Below are positions 25,709 through 39,185 of a stretch of DNA of 64,000 nt, one piece after another. Under the pieces are notes generated by a model that saw nothing but the letters and a program-made list of their open reading frames with translations, was not told where the DNA came from and made no database searches. Made by a program: the position numbers and the translations under genes. Every line of letters begins with the position of its first letter. Positions within the stretch are counted from its first letter, which is position 1. Origin of the DNA: Rhynchobatus australiae (Eukaryota); contig JAUZTB010000063.1 of assembly GCA_034780895.1 (NCBI GenBank), positions 15,059,485 to 15,123,484 of the forward strand, given 5' to 3'.

Positions 25709-26509
25709 TGCACTGATAAACTGCAGAATTGTAGTATAAATGAGTTAGCATGCTTGTTTGCTATAGTAGGTGGGGTATATCACTGCTGCAGCAAAGATGC
25801 TTCTTGGCATCAAGCTTACTGTCTGATTCTGGCCAAGGACAGGCATAGATTTAATTGGGATAAACACAAAAGCTGCATAAGACAGGTTTGCATTGCAGAA
25901 ATATTTTAAATTCCTTTTCCCTCAGTTATACCTTAGAATTGATGTTAGTCATGCAGAAACAATGTTCTCCTTTAGGATTTTCTCTTTTGATTTTTGTCAA
26001 CCTTTTCCTCATCTTAACATGTCTCTTGAATGCTGAAGGGTTGTGTGCTTTCATGATACATTGTAATATTGGATGTGTACCACCTTGTACTTCTATATTT
26101 TAAGCAGTTGATAGTAGAATTATGATTGCATTCAATAGTGACAGTGGTGACAGTAGTGACATACTTCATTTATTTTGATGATGTGCAAACCTGTAGTCTT
26201 TATTTTGCCAAATGCACACTTAATCAAACATCAAATGCAGGTAAAATGGCAGCTCTGTGACCTCTTCCCAGAGCTTTCATTTGAACAGTTATGAGACTGC
26301 ACCCAGGGGACACACAAGAGGTCCAGTGATGGATTCTATATGCCTCGCTCGTATTAGAGATGCTGAATGCACTCCCCACTTTGTTCAACTTCATTTTCAT
26401 TAACTTCTCCAATGTCCTTTATGTTTCCCTTGCAGTTACCCTGGCATCATGAAGCACTACATTGCAAAGATTGAGGCTGGCAATATTTGTCATGCGACTG
26501 TTTGCCTTA

Positions 26510-26878
26510 ATAGCATTATTGCCTCTGAGTCAGAAGGACTTGAGAGAATAATCTAACAGAGAGTCTAATGAAGTCCTTAGGGTATGCTGTATTATTGGGA
26601 GTGCCAACCTTCATTGACCCATTCAGGCTCCCATCTGCCTGTTTAGGCAAATATTACAGATTTAATGAAGAAATCAACAGAACCCCCTTAACATTCTAGA
26701 CAGTGCTCTTTACTCAATCAGTGAAGTGGTAGCTGGACCCTCACTTTATTGTTTAAGATGACATGTATAAAATGGTTGTCAGGTTTGCAAAAGTATTGAC
26801 TGCACTTCAAAGTAAATTTACTGTATGTGAGTTCCTTTGGGATGTTTGAAAGCAAGAGATGCTATGTCAATGCGGGTT
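26510..26878 (+). mobile_element. Deu-domain (SacSINE-like) SINE, old
   Basis: Head ttgcctctgagtcagaagg and tail aaaatggttgtc…gactgcacttcaaagtaa…tttgggatgtt…gatgctatgtcaatgc. Confidence 0.55.
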
Positions 26879-29646
26879 TGCCCTTGGTTATAATTTAATC
26901 TTCTTTGCTTATGGTGTAGGGAAATCATGTCTTAGAAGAAAAATATTTGCAGTTGGTTTTAATGCTGTTGTATGCATTGTGGTCCTGTTGCAAAAAGGAA
27001 AAGCAATGTGATATTTTTAGACTGCAAGAATGTTTCTGTAGTCTCAAGGTTAAGAAAGCAGTTAATCCTTTGAGGACTGCTGTGCTGCTACTGCACCAAA
27101 ATCAAATGCGTTCAGATTGCAGTGCTTCAAGAACATTCATCATTTTCACATTTTAATGAATTGCACCCATANNNNNNNNNNNNNNNNNNNNNNNNNNNNN
27201 NNNNNNNNNNNNNNNNNNNNNNNNNNNNNNNNNNNNNNNNNNNNNNNNNNNNNNNNNNNNNNNNNNNNNNNCCCATAATTCTGACATTAGTTATCTTCTA
27301 TTTCAAATGGGGAGGTATAGTGAGGAGATGGAGGTTGGTGGGTGAGGGGTTGGCATTTAAAGGCAAAGGAGATAAATTGTTGCTTTAAAGATTAAAGGCA
27401 CAAAAAAGATGGAGATGATTTGGTCTAAAACATCAGCATTGCAAGATGGTGGCAACTGAACCAGCTAGAACAGTGGCAGCACCCCACTAGGTTTTCTTAA
27501 ATTATGATCTTAGGAGCTTTTAAAAACCCTGCAGAGGACAAGCCCAGCCACAGATTCCACCTGCTCTGCTGAACATACAACTTTCTGAACACACTCAGCA
27601 GAGTTGTCCAGCATTACCTTTGTTTGATAGGGCAACATCAGGTTACAAATCTCGCATGCACATGACTGGATGGAATTTTATGCTTGTACACGCGCCATAG
27701 TGACTTATTACTTCCGGTGTTTACAAAGGAGCAGAAAGGGATAGTGATCATAAGCAATTCCTCACAGGATTTTTTTATATATATAAGTGATGATATGGTG
27801 AAGAAAAAAAATTGTCTTGAGGCTTCTTTAAATCAAATATACCTTTTATAAATTTCTGGGAAATAAATTAGNNNNNNNNNNNNNNNNNNNNNNNNNNNNN
27901 NNNNNNNNNNNNNNNNNNNNNNNNNNNNNNNNNNNNNNNNNNNNNNNNNNNNNNNNNNNNNNNNNNNNNNNTAATGAGATTTTGAAATGATTTAAGTTTT
28001 GTCGTTTCTTTTAGCAGACTTGCATAATAGCCTAGCAACTGCATTAATCTTAAAGCACTTAATGGAGTGCAGCTAATCGTATAGCCTTTACTTTCCATTG
28101 AAATCGTAAAGCTAGATTTAAATGCTTTTCTCTTTTTCTATGCGGGCACATACAATTTTAGGAATGGGCTGATCTTAAATATACAGCAAATATGTTTATG
28201 CACGCATGGGTAGGTTATTGCTTATAATATAATGAATTAGAATATCGCTGAGACACGTAGATCAGAAGGGTCTATGTTTCGAGTCCAGACTGCCAAGTTG
28301 AATGATTTCATTTGCAATGATAGCTGAGGTGCCCCCAGTGGTATTCTTGACTCTGAATTAAAAAGGAGAAAATCGGTAAAAATTCTTGTTTCTAATCATA
28401 GTCTCACAATCACTGGTGGAAGCTGCATTGTTTGATGTTATTCCAGGACAAGATACAGCTAGTAGCATGATGTCTACTTTCAGAGCTGCTGATTGGAATT
28501 TTCAGGAACAATCCAAAATATTCATAGTGGAGTTCTCCTTTTCTTCCTCAAATGGAAACCATGACCCATTAGAATTTTGTCACTAATTGGACATAGATTG
28601 ATTGTCAAAACTGGGATCTTTTGCATCATGTGAATCATTGCCATGCAACCTACTTGCATATAAACCACTTGAAAAAAGCTCCATCAAATGGGGGCCTGAG
28701 AGTTGCTCGGTAAATGAACACTAAGAATGGTGAATGAAAAGAGTGAGATTTGAGTGAAAAGTTCATTGTGTAAAAACATTGGGTTAAAGCTGACGGACCA
28801 TATAGCCTATTTGCATTGAGAAACTTATTAATGTGGGAAGTGTTACATCTGTTTTCATTCTGACTAAGTAAGGGGGAAAAAATATCTAGCCCAAGTCTGG
28901 CTGGGACATAATATGCAGATATGACTGGAGTGGAAGCAGGAAATGCAGTTAACAGGCATTTTTCTTCTTGGGTATAGGTGGACTTTCATTTTTGGAGAAT
29001 CTACACAATACAGTGGTTCAACTCCCAGCAAAAAAAAACATTTTCTAGGAGAATGTTCCATAGTAAGATAGTTAACTAGATAGCATTGCTGAAACTGGGA
29101 AGCAAAGTTTTGTTTGACTGGGGTGTTAGTTTCTCCTGTCAGGTGCTTAACTGCGCNNNNNNNNNNNNNNNNNNNNNNNNNNNNNTTTCGTCCTTGGACA
29201 GATTTGAAGGTTCTCTACCTTTTCAGGAGATGACCAACAGTTCATGACCCTTCTTGGAAATTTTGAGCTACACCGATTTAAACAATTGGAACCTGAAATA
29301 TGAATGTTTTTGAAGATGCAGGTTAATTTAAAGATCCTTGAGCCTCAAGCCAAAATCCTCCTGATGATTGCTGATGGACTTAGTTGCACTGAAAATTTAA
29401 AAACTGCTATCCATATATAAATAAATTAAGGCTCTGTACATAGACCATTTGATTAACATCCAGTGGTGGTATTTTTCTACTGCACAGTTATTCAAAAAGT
29501 CACCCTTTCTCTCTCTCCTTTATTTTTCCTTTCTCTCACCTTTTTCCTTCCATTTTTTTTTCTCCCTCTCACTCATCCCATCTCTGACTCCCTTTCCTTA
29601 CCTCATCTCTTTTCCTCACGCCCTTTGCGCCCTCTCTTGACCCCTC

Positions 29647-29650
<4 letters not shown>

Positions 29651-29710
<60 letters not shown>
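29651..29710. repeat. (CT)n microsatellite running into a gap, preceded by a pyrimidine-rich tract
   Basis: About 30 CT units directly visible. Confidence 0.98.
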
Positions 29711-31282
29711 NNNNNNNNNNNNNNNNNNNNNNNNNNNNNNNNNNNNNNNNNNNNNNNNNNNNNNNNNNNNNNNNNNNNNNNNNNNNNNNNNNNNNNNNNN
29801 NNNNNNNNNNNNNNNNNNNNNNNNNNNNNNNNNNNNNNNNNNNNNNNNNNNNNNNNNNNNNNNNNNNNNNNNNNNNNNNNNNNNNNNNNNNNNNNNNNNN
29901 NNNNNNNNNNNNNNNNNNNNNNNNNNNNNNNNNNNNNNNNNNNNNNNNNNNNNNNNNNNNNNNNNNNNNNNNNNNNNNNNNNNNNNNNNNNNNNNNNNNN
30001 NNNNNNNNNNNNNNNNNNNNNNNNNNNNNNNNNNNNNNNNNNNNNNNNNNNNNNNNNNNNNNNNNNNNNNNNNNNNNNNNNNNNNNNNNNNNNNNNNNNN
30101 NNNNNNNNNNNNNNNNNNNNNNNNGGAAATTCATTGATGTCTGTAGTTCTGAGGAGAGTGACATAGATACTCATTCGGTGCTATTTAGTTTATTTGACTT
30201 CATGATGTTGCTAGCTCTGATCTGCTTTATTCAGTCTCATTTTTTCCACATATTAGGATCCTAACATCAATGTACTGTTTCTACCAATTTTTCAGAATTC
30301 ATCAGAAATAGGTCAAACAATTTAATTTTGTTCTTGATATTGTACTTTAGTATTGCAGACTGTGAAATGCGAAGTGTTTTTCTAATTTGAGTTACTCGAG
30401 AGACTGAGTCATAACTGGTAAACCACACTCTTTCGTATTGAGATCTCATTCAGATCTTTAAATAATGAAACCTTCAGAAGATGTTTGGAAATTGGGCCTA
30501 TGTATGTTGATTGAATGGGTCACTGAAGAGCTGTTGGCTATGATATCCTGCTTTGAAGGCTATTCAGACTTATCTGGATAATATTTGAAGGAACTGAGGA
30601 CAATTACTCTGAGTTTCCACACAACTTTTGTATTCTGTCAAATAATAGATCTTTAAACTCCATTTTGCGCAATCAGATTTCTGAGCTGTTTTCACACAGG
30701 GTCATGAGGATACAGCCTCCATAATTTGCTGCCTTTCAAGTGATTTATGATTACGTTATTTCATCACTCCATAATACTATTTGCAATGAAAGGGTTTTTT
30801 CCTATTACTATGTTTTAGGAGTTGGTATGGGGCTCCCAGAAGTAGTATTTCAATGTTTAAAAGCAGTTTCCTACAAATAAATGTTGGAATTGACAACTTG
30901 TAATGGTAAAGCTCTTTTACAGGAAAAAGTTACCATGCATTTCATTGGAGAGTAGATACCAAAACCCATCAGTTAGATGCCTTAAAAATGGTTACAGACC
31001 TTTTCACAGGAATTTATCAAAGGAAGAATCAGAGGCAGAGGCAAGGAAGCTTGGGATGGGTTGTGGTGCTGCTACACAATCTAGATCTGCATGGATCTAG
31101 AATTAACATAGTCATATATGATGGAGCGATTTCAAATTGCAGATGATCAACAGATCAGAATTGAAAAAGATGTAGTGATAGGAAAAAATGAAACCATATA
31201 GGGAAATGAAGAGTTAAAGATGACAATTTCAGTTTTAAGGTATGGCTTAAATGAAACCCAGTGTGGGTGAGCAAGCCTAGAC

Positions 31283-31350
31283 TAAGACAAAAGCAGAAAG
31301 TGTTGGAAGCAAGCTGCAATTCAGACAGCATCTGTGGAGAGAGGGAAGAT
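31283..31350 (-). mobile_element. Penelope-derived tail remnant
   Basis: aaagcagaaagtgttggaagc…cagacagcatctgtggagagag. Confidence 0.55.
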
Positions 31351-31571
31351 TTTTTTTTGAATGTCCTTATGATGCCATTTTCCTCTTCAGAGATGCCGTC
31401 TGTTCAACACTTCTCCGCTTTAGTATCCAGAAATGAATTCTTGATCTACCNNNNNNNNNNNNNNNNNNNNNNNNNNNNNNNNNNNNNNNNNNNNNNNNNN
31501 NNNNNNNNNNNNNNNNNNNNNNNNNNNNNNNNNNNNNNNNNNNNNNNNNNGATCTACCTCTGTGCCATTAC

Positions 31572-33202
31572 CTCAGAGTCAGGTTTATTATCACTGACAT
31601 ACATCATGAAATTTGTTGTTTTGCAGCAGTAGTACAGTGCAAGACATAAAGATTACTATAAGTTACCAATAAATAAATAAAATTTTGTAAAAGAGGAATA
31701 ATGAGGTAGAGTTAATGGACCGTTCAGAAATCCAATGGCAGAGAGGAAGAAATTGTTCCTGAAACATTGAGTGTGGGTCTTCAGGCTCCTGTAGCTCCTC
31801 CCTGATGGTAGTAATGAGAAGAGGGCATGTCCCGAATGGTGAGGATCCTTAATGACAGATGCTGCCTTTTTGAGGCACCACCTCTTGAAGATGTCCTCGA
31901 TGGTGGGGAGGGTTGTGCCTGGATGGATCTGGCTGAGTCTACAACCCTCTGTAGCCTTTTTCAAGCTGCACGTTGGAGCCTCCCTATCAGGTGGTGATAC
32001 GACCAGTCAGAATGCTCACCACCATATGTCGATAGAAATTTGCAAGAGTCTTTGGTGACGTATCAAATCTCCTCAAACTCCGAAAGAAGTAGAGGCGCTG
32101 GCATGCCGCCTTCGTGATTGCATCAATGTGTTGGGCTCAGGGTAGATTCTATGAGATGTTGACGCCCGAGAACTTGAAGCTGCTCACCCTTGAGGACTGG
32201 TGTGTGTTCTCCCAACTTCCCCTTCCTGAAATCCACAATCACCTACTTGTTCTTGCTGACGTTGAGTGTGAGGTTGTTGTGTTGAAACCACTNNNNNNNN
32301 NNNNNNNNNNNNNNNNNNNNNNNNNNNNNNNNNNNNNNNNNNNNNNNNNNNNNNNNNNNNNNNNNNNNNNNNNNNNNNNNNNNNNNNNNNNNNNNNNNNN
32401 NNNNNNNNNNNNNNNNNNNNNNNNNNNNNNNNNNNNNNNNNNNNNNNNNNNNNNNNNNNNNNNNNNNNNNNNNNNNNNNNNNNNNNNNNNNNNNNNNNNN
32501 NNNNNNNNNNNNNNNNNNNNNNNNNNNNNNNNNNNNNNNNNNNNNNNNNNNNNNNNNNNNNNNNNNNNNNNNNNNNNNNNNNNNNNNNNNNNNNNNNNNN
32601 NNNNNNNNNNNNNNNNNNNNNNNNNNNNNNNNNNNNNNNNNNNNNNNNNNNNNNNNNNNNNNNNNNNNNNNNNNNNNNNNNNNNNNNNNNNNNNNNNNNN
32701 NNNNNNNNNNNNNNNNNNNNNNNNNNNNNNNNNNNNNNNNNNNNNNNNNNNNNNNNNNNNNNNNNNNNNNNNNNNNNNNNNNNNNNNNNNNNNNNNNNNN
32801 NNNNNNNNNNNNNNNNNNNNNNNNNNNNNNNNNNNNNNNNNNNNNNNNNNNNNNNNNNNNNNNNNNNNNNNNNNNNNNNNNNNNNGATGCCCTTTTGAAG
32901 AAGGTAGGAACCTCCAACTGCTGCAGTGAGAGGTTGAAGATGTCCTTGAACACCCCAGCCAGTTGGTTGGCACAGATTTTCATTACCCTGCAGGTACACC
33001 ACTGGGGCGTGATGCCTTGTCAGGGTTCAACCTCCTGAAGGATGTTCTGACGTTGGCCCCCGAGACAGAGGTCACAGGGTCACCAGATGCTGTGGGGATT
33101 TGCACAGGTGTAGTGTTATTCTCCCTTTCAAAGCGTGCATAAAAGTTGTTGAGCTCATCGGGGAGTGAAGCATAACTGCCATTTGTGCTGTTAGGTTTCG
33201 CC
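31572..33202 (-). mobile_element. Rex1/Babar non-LTR retrotransposon, 5'-truncated, central gap
   Basis: ASLPDELNNFYARFE…LNPDKASRPSGVP; CANQLAGVFKDIFNLSLQQLEVPTFFKRA; NNLTLNVSKNK; IKDPHHSGHALFSLLPSGRSYRSLKTHT; 3'UTR ending ataaacctgactctga. Confidence 0.92.
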
Positions 33203-34737
33203 AAGATCAGTCCAAAGATCTGCCCTCGTATGTTTACACTTCCTCATTTATGTGCTACATCTTGGTGATTCTGCATGGTGTCTCTTGGTTGTCAGATTCA
33301 GTACATTCTCACATGCTGGAGCAGTACTTTTTACTTTGGTTGACTATTTGGAAAACTGAAGCCTAAAGCCACCATCATCTTCCCCCAGTAAACCTTGTAA
33401 GTTCATGCACTCATACCTTCTGTCTTATCATTACTAGTCACTTTGCTGGCTACACATCATGACAAGTTCAGGAATAACATTTCTTCCCTGCCTGATCACC
33501 TTCCAAAAGGAGAGGAAAAGAGATTTTTAATAGTGCCTGTAATAACAATATTTAATAGCACTTTATACTTCATGAAATACTTCATTTATTGCTATCATTT
33601 GTTTTTGCTCAAACCTCTGAGCTCAAATTCTGAAGGCAACGACCCTAACATTATTTTATATTTTTAAAATGACCTTGACCTCAGTATTTTTAAGGTTTTG
33701 ACTTTATTTATCATCCTGAATCCTTCTGCTCTTCAAACTCTCCCATTCATTCTTTTCCCCTCATGGTCCTAATTTCTATCGGTTTTATTGTGGACTTTCT
33801 GGTTATTAGTCCTCTGGACTTTTTTTGGCCTCGTAAACCTCCAGAATGTTGACCTGCATTCTCACCCTATAACACTAAACTTTGTTATCCTCAGTGATAA
33901 CTTCCAGGTTTTCTTGGCCTCTTGTGCATTCGGCCCCAGTTCAGCACTCCCATATTACTCCACTGGAAGGGAATATGTGGACAAGCTTCTGGAGCGGAGC
34001 ATGAACTCATAACCTTTTAATTACCAAGTGAAAGTGCAACAAAACGAGCTGAAGCTGTCATCCTATGAAGGAGGTAGAATTAGTACAGTTAAGTTAAATG
34101 ATCTCAATATGCCTAAATCTGCATTTTAATAGAGATTACAGGAAGCATTGGCATTAAAGTAAATTACGATAGACCTCTACACTCAGGATGGATATGGACA
34201 AGAATGTATGTTTTGCTTTTTCCTCTTTGGTTGGATATTGGTGATCTCATTATTATTACCCTTGAACGTGATTTCATTTTCCAGTTTACATTTCTGTTCA
34301 GTTCCGAATTCAAGTCACATGCTCACTGATAAGGAAATACCAACCAAGCCTTCTAGTGAAGATGTCTGTGTGTCATTTGCAAGTTTGAACAGCTTGCATT
34401 TGTCAATGGGTGGGTGACAGTAGTAAACTGCATCTCCCACGTATTCTTACTTGATTGTCACAGGATGGCTTTTGTTATTGCAGATGTCTCTTTTGCAGCC
34501 TTTATGTTGTTTAGAAATGNNNNNNNNNNNNNNNNNNNNNNNNNNNNNNNNNNNNNNNNNNNNNNNNNNNNNNNNNNNNNNNNNNNNNNNNNNNNNNNNN
34601 NNNNNNNNNNNNNNNNNNNNNNNNNNNNNNNNNNNNNNNNNNNNNNNNNNNNTTTGACCCAATTGTACTTTTATAGCTTTCAAGGGAAATATAATGTGCC
34701 AAAGAACATTTTACACAATGCTAATCATAAATGTGAC

Positions 34738-34866
34738 ATGAGAGACTGCAGATACTGGAAATCTGGAACAACACACTCAAAGTGCTGGAGAAACTCCTCA
34801 GGTCAGGCAGATCAATGGAGGGAAATGAACAGTCGAATATTCAGACTGAGACCCTTCATCAGGACA
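34738..34866 (-). mobile_element. Penelope-derived tail with degenerate hammerhead core
   Basis: Minus strand GTC-CTGATGA-AGGGTCTCAGTCT-GAAT-ATTC-GAC followed by the tail motif. Confidence 0.75.
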
Positions 34867-37047
34867 TAATTGTGTCATACTAGAAAGAGGGTAAAGAGAA
34901 TTTAACATTCTCTTTAATTTACAAATGCTTGATGTGGAATTAAGATAAGACAGTTAAGATATTGATGGGCTGAATTTTCTGCTAATGAGTAAAACTAAAT
35001 GACATTTCATTTTTGTCTTTGTTGGAATAGAAGCCAGCACTTTAAATTAAACAATCTGCTTTGCCTAATAAAATACTGGAACTTGTGGTGGACCAGGGAA
35101 GGGCCTCAGTCTCCAAAATGTGTGCAGATGTAAACTCAGTGTATGTTTAAGAGTGTTTCCTCTTGCTGGCCCTACAAATTGTTAAATTTAATTTCACTGC
35201 TTCTCTGCAGTATGGGGGTAACAGAGCAGATTGTTACAGTATTTTTTTCAAGCATTGCAATTACTCGAGTGTACCATATTTAGAATTGACTGCCTTGCAG
35301 GATCTTAATAAAAATTGAATTGCATTTTGTTTTCTTGGGTTTGCACTTGAGAATATGTTGATGGTTCCTCAATTATTTCCNNNNNNNNNNGAGATGATTT
35401 GTCTGTTCAAACCCTTAACCCATTCGACAGGGCAGAGATGAGTTTGAAATTCAAATAGTATAATCTATGCTACCCAATATAAATGGTTTGGCTTAGTACA
35501 GCCTCAGTCAGTACAGATGAAAGGCATTGGTCTATGTCACTCTTCTTGTGCTTAAAGTCTGTCAGTATTATCTATAGAGCAGTTATGAATCATGGTAAAA
35601 TTGATCTTCACTGGTGCTGGAAATACATAGGGTGAAACAATGCTGTCACTTGCTTAAGAGAGGATCCTGCTGCCTTCCCTCCCTTCAGTTCTTTCAACTA
35701 TTGGTTTTTGACTTCATCGTAGTTAATAGAACATCAGCTTTTGTTTCTCAGTAGGACTGACATGATTTATATGAAGTTCAGTTGGTACAAAATGAGTATG
35801 GTTTATTTAGTGTGTTTTAAATGGTGATACAGAAAAAGAGCTTGATTTCTTTTGGATTGCATAATTTAATTTATTTTTTCCCTTTTCCCATGCACCACCA
35901 TCATCCAAGCCTCTGCACTCTAATTTTGGAATTGAAATCTATAGAGGCCACTTTCACAACTTGCAGGAAATTTTGAATTGCTGAAATTAACAATTTAGGA
36001 GTCCTGAATCTATTTCATTTGGCGGTTCTTTCTCTATATATTACAATTATGATGAGTGGGAAGGGTGGAACAGACTGAATGAGGTCGTGTTGCTTTTGAA
36101 CTACCAATGCACACGTCAGTTGCATGAAACTGTTTCGTTTTTTTGACACCAGTCCAGAGTACAAAAATTTGAATTCAACTTTGTGTGTATTTGAATTGGT
36201 ATGTTTAAACACATTGTTGATTATCCTAAAACCGCAAAAAAATTTTAGGAACAGCTAATTATTAATGAAGTTGGATTGCAGAATTTGAATGATTGATTGA
36301 ATATACAGCCAGATATTCTGATTAAAATTACAATAATCCCTGTAAATGTAAAAGTTATTTATTAAATAATTTAAACTATTTATTTGAAAGAGTTTAATAT
36401 GCTGAGTTGGTCTGCAAAATTACTGAGAATATGCTGATGAGCCATGGAGATGCAGCAATGATTTTAAAAAGAATTGTAAAGAAAACACTGGATAGTAAAT
36501 TAAAGACCAGATTCAAGTGTCAAATTGTTCAAGATTTTATGACATTTAAGAACTTTTCTGCCTTATCCATTTATTGCCATTTAATTAATTTGATATAATA
36601 CAGATCACAAAGTTCATATTGTATACTTGGACTACATATAAACTCCCTACATATTTTCTAATATGTGGCTTTTGTGATGGTGTTACTGACACTGTGCTTT
36701 AATCAAAAACTGAGTCCATCATTATTGTCTTTTTTTGGTCTGTATAATGTCAGTATATATCTAAGTTGATGCAGTTTCACAAGCTTGAAAAAAGGTGTTA
36801 AACCACAAATGGAGCAGGTAGAAAGTGTAATCAAAGAGAAGTATTTTGAGAACAATTTAAAGAGGAAGTAGGAAGTGAGGCATTTGGAGGTGGGATCTCA
36901 AAGTAACACCAGTTTCATATGATTGGAGAAAATGCGGCAAATATCAGATTCTGATCAATTTGCTCAACTGGTAAGACTGAAAATCTCAGGAAATAGGGGC
37001 AGGATAAGGTCAAGAATTATTAAAGACAAGTGCAAGGATTTTAATGG

Positions 37048-37140
37048 AAATACAAGAGACTGCAGATGCTGGAACCTGGAGCAAAAAACAAGCTGCTAGA
37101 GAAACTCGGTTGGTCATGCAGCATCTGTGGAGACAAAGGG
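37048..37140 (-). mobile_element. Penelope-derived tail
   Basis: acaagagactgcagatgctggaacctggagcaaaaaacaagctgctagagaaactc…gcagcatctgtggag. Confidence 0.75.
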
Positions 37141-37450
37141 AATCAGAATCAGGTTCATTATCGCTGACATATGATGTGAAATTTGTTGTTTTGCAGCAAA
37201 AGTTACTATAAATTACAAAAATAAATAATGCAGATAAAAAAGAATAATGAGATAGTATTCATGGGTTCATGGACCATTCAGAAATCTGATGGCAGAGGGG
37301 AAGAAGCTGTTCCTGAATCATTGAGTGTGTGTCTTCAGGCTCCTATACCTCCTCCTCGATAGTAAGATCCTTAGTGATGGATGCTGCTTTCTCGAGGCAC
37401 TGCCGCTTGCAGATGTCCTTGATGGTGGGGAGATGATGGGACTGACCTGG
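37141..37450 (-). mobile_element. Rex1/Babar 3' fragment
   Basis: LPTIKDICKRQCLEKAASITKD; aligns to 31572-31910; begins with the aatcag repeat. Confidence 0.88.
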
Positions 37451-37959
37451 GTGACCACTGCTTACATTGCAACAGGCTTTTATGAACCCAGGGGAAACCC
37501 AAGTTGCCACCTCAAGAGGCACAACAGGTACCTGGAGCTCACTGGAAATTATTCCAAAATGATCCAAGGTCCAATTCTGGATGTCCTCCAGTGCATTGAG
37601 CTTTCTGGGCCTGAAAATGAATGAATTTCTCCAATTAAGTAAAACAAAAACATATTTGAACAACATTTCTGTGAAAGTTATTTATATTCAGAGAAAGGCT
37701 TCCTGATTCTTTTTAAATATTTTATAATCAGCTTGTGTCATCCATCACAATGTGATGACAAAACTTAAAAATTGAAAAGCAGGATGGCAAGTGTATTAAC
37801 TGTGAACAAAAAATAACTTGGTGTGACCATGGTATGAAAATATTTTGATATTACCATGTGAGGCTTTGTTTTGGTGTATGAATTATTTGCTGATATTATT
37901 TTTCAGAATAAAATTTCCAATATAACTTGAAAGTAACAAGCTGGCATTTTACCTACAGT

Positions 37960-38112
37960 TTGAGGGGAGAGAGAGAAAACAGAAAACCACAGACCAGTTG
38001 GCCTAACATCAGTGGGAGAAAAACTTTTAAGGAAATGGTAATAGGGCATTTAGAAAATAGTAATAAGATTAGATAGGGTCAACATGGCGTTATAAAACAA
38101 ATCATGTATGAC
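37960..38112 (+). mobile_element. Older CR1 RT N-terminal fragment
   Basis: ENHRPVGLTSVG…HLENSNKIR*GQHG. Confidence 0.65.
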
Positions 38113-38452
38113 TTTCTTGAGGTTGGAACTAATAGCAGGGAATTTTTCCCAGTGTGACAATGGCTAACATGAGGGGACATAATTTTAGGGTGATTGGAGG
38201 AAGGTACAAGGGGGATGTCAGGGGTAAGATTTTTTACACAGAGAGTGGTGGGTGCGTGGAACGCACTGCCTGCAGAGGTAGTGGGGGCAGATATATTAGG
38301 GACATTTAAGAGACTCTTAGATAGACGCATGAATGATAGAAAAATAGGGGCTATGTGGGAGGGAAGGGCTAGATAGATCTTAGAGCAGGATAAAATGTCG
38401 GCACAACATTGTGGGCCGAAGGGCCTGTACTGTGCTGTTATGTTCAATGTTC
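38113..38452 (+). mobile_element. Younger CR1 3' end
   Basis: RFFTQRVVGAWNALPAEVVGADILGTFKRLLDRRM; 3'UTR gggccgaagggcctgtactgtgctgt and atgttca tandem tail. Confidence 0.92.
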
Positions 38453-38545
38453 AAGGTCTTTGACCTGAACCGTTACCTCTGTTTCTCTCACTACAGCTGA
38501 GATTTGACCCACTGAGCAATTCTAGCCTTTTCTGTTTTGGTGTTT
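38453..38545 (+). mobile_element. Penelope-derived tail remnant
   Basis: aaggtctttgacctgaaccgttacctctgtttctctc…tgacccactgagcaattctagcc. Confidence 0.6.
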
Positions 38546-39185
38546 CACGTGGAGTCTTTGCCAGCCTCGTGCTATTAATTTAAACAAACTCAAGGGAACC
38601 TCCCTCTGATTCACTTACTTGACGAGCTTCACTCACTGCAGGGTTATCCAGATAGGACACAACCCCTGCTGTGTTTGCATTCCCAGTTCATGCTCCGTGC
38701 AGTATTAAATTCCCAGCCTGATGGATACCCTGAGCTCTTCAATCTTTGGAAGCTGCACAAAAGCAAGGGATTCACATTAGCTGCTCACCTTCTGTTTCGC
38801 AGCTCGGATGAATTTCCCAGCAGTGCGGAGGTTTCATTCTTGAGCTGGAATTGCAACATGGAGCTGTCACTGCCAAAGTAATGGATTCAGCTGTAAAGAA
38901 GTTCAAACGTCTGCTTCCGAGACTGGGAAAATAAATTATTGTGTCTGCTGCCAATTTAATCCTCAATTCCGTGTGAGGAAGGTAACAATCATAGTTTGAA
39001 AAAATAGCAACAGAGCTTCTGAATCTCATCATATCTATCATTATTCTTTCCATTGCTCTGTGGACAATCCCCCAATATTAACCCCACTTATGGGGGCTTC
39101 TCTGCAATTTAAGCTTCACACAGGACTGTAATAGGTGAGTACACAGGCAACCTTTTAAGAAAATTCACACTTTTGCTCCGGTGCT

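Noticed and set aside
29463-30174. Long ORFs with (SL)n/(ER)n
   Set aside because: Artefacts of the CT microsatellite and the N gap
35999-36198. Apparent plus-strand exon (AG…GTATGT) with CpGs
   Set aside because: The best frame hits TGA at 36144 and the other frames also stop; at most a non-coding element
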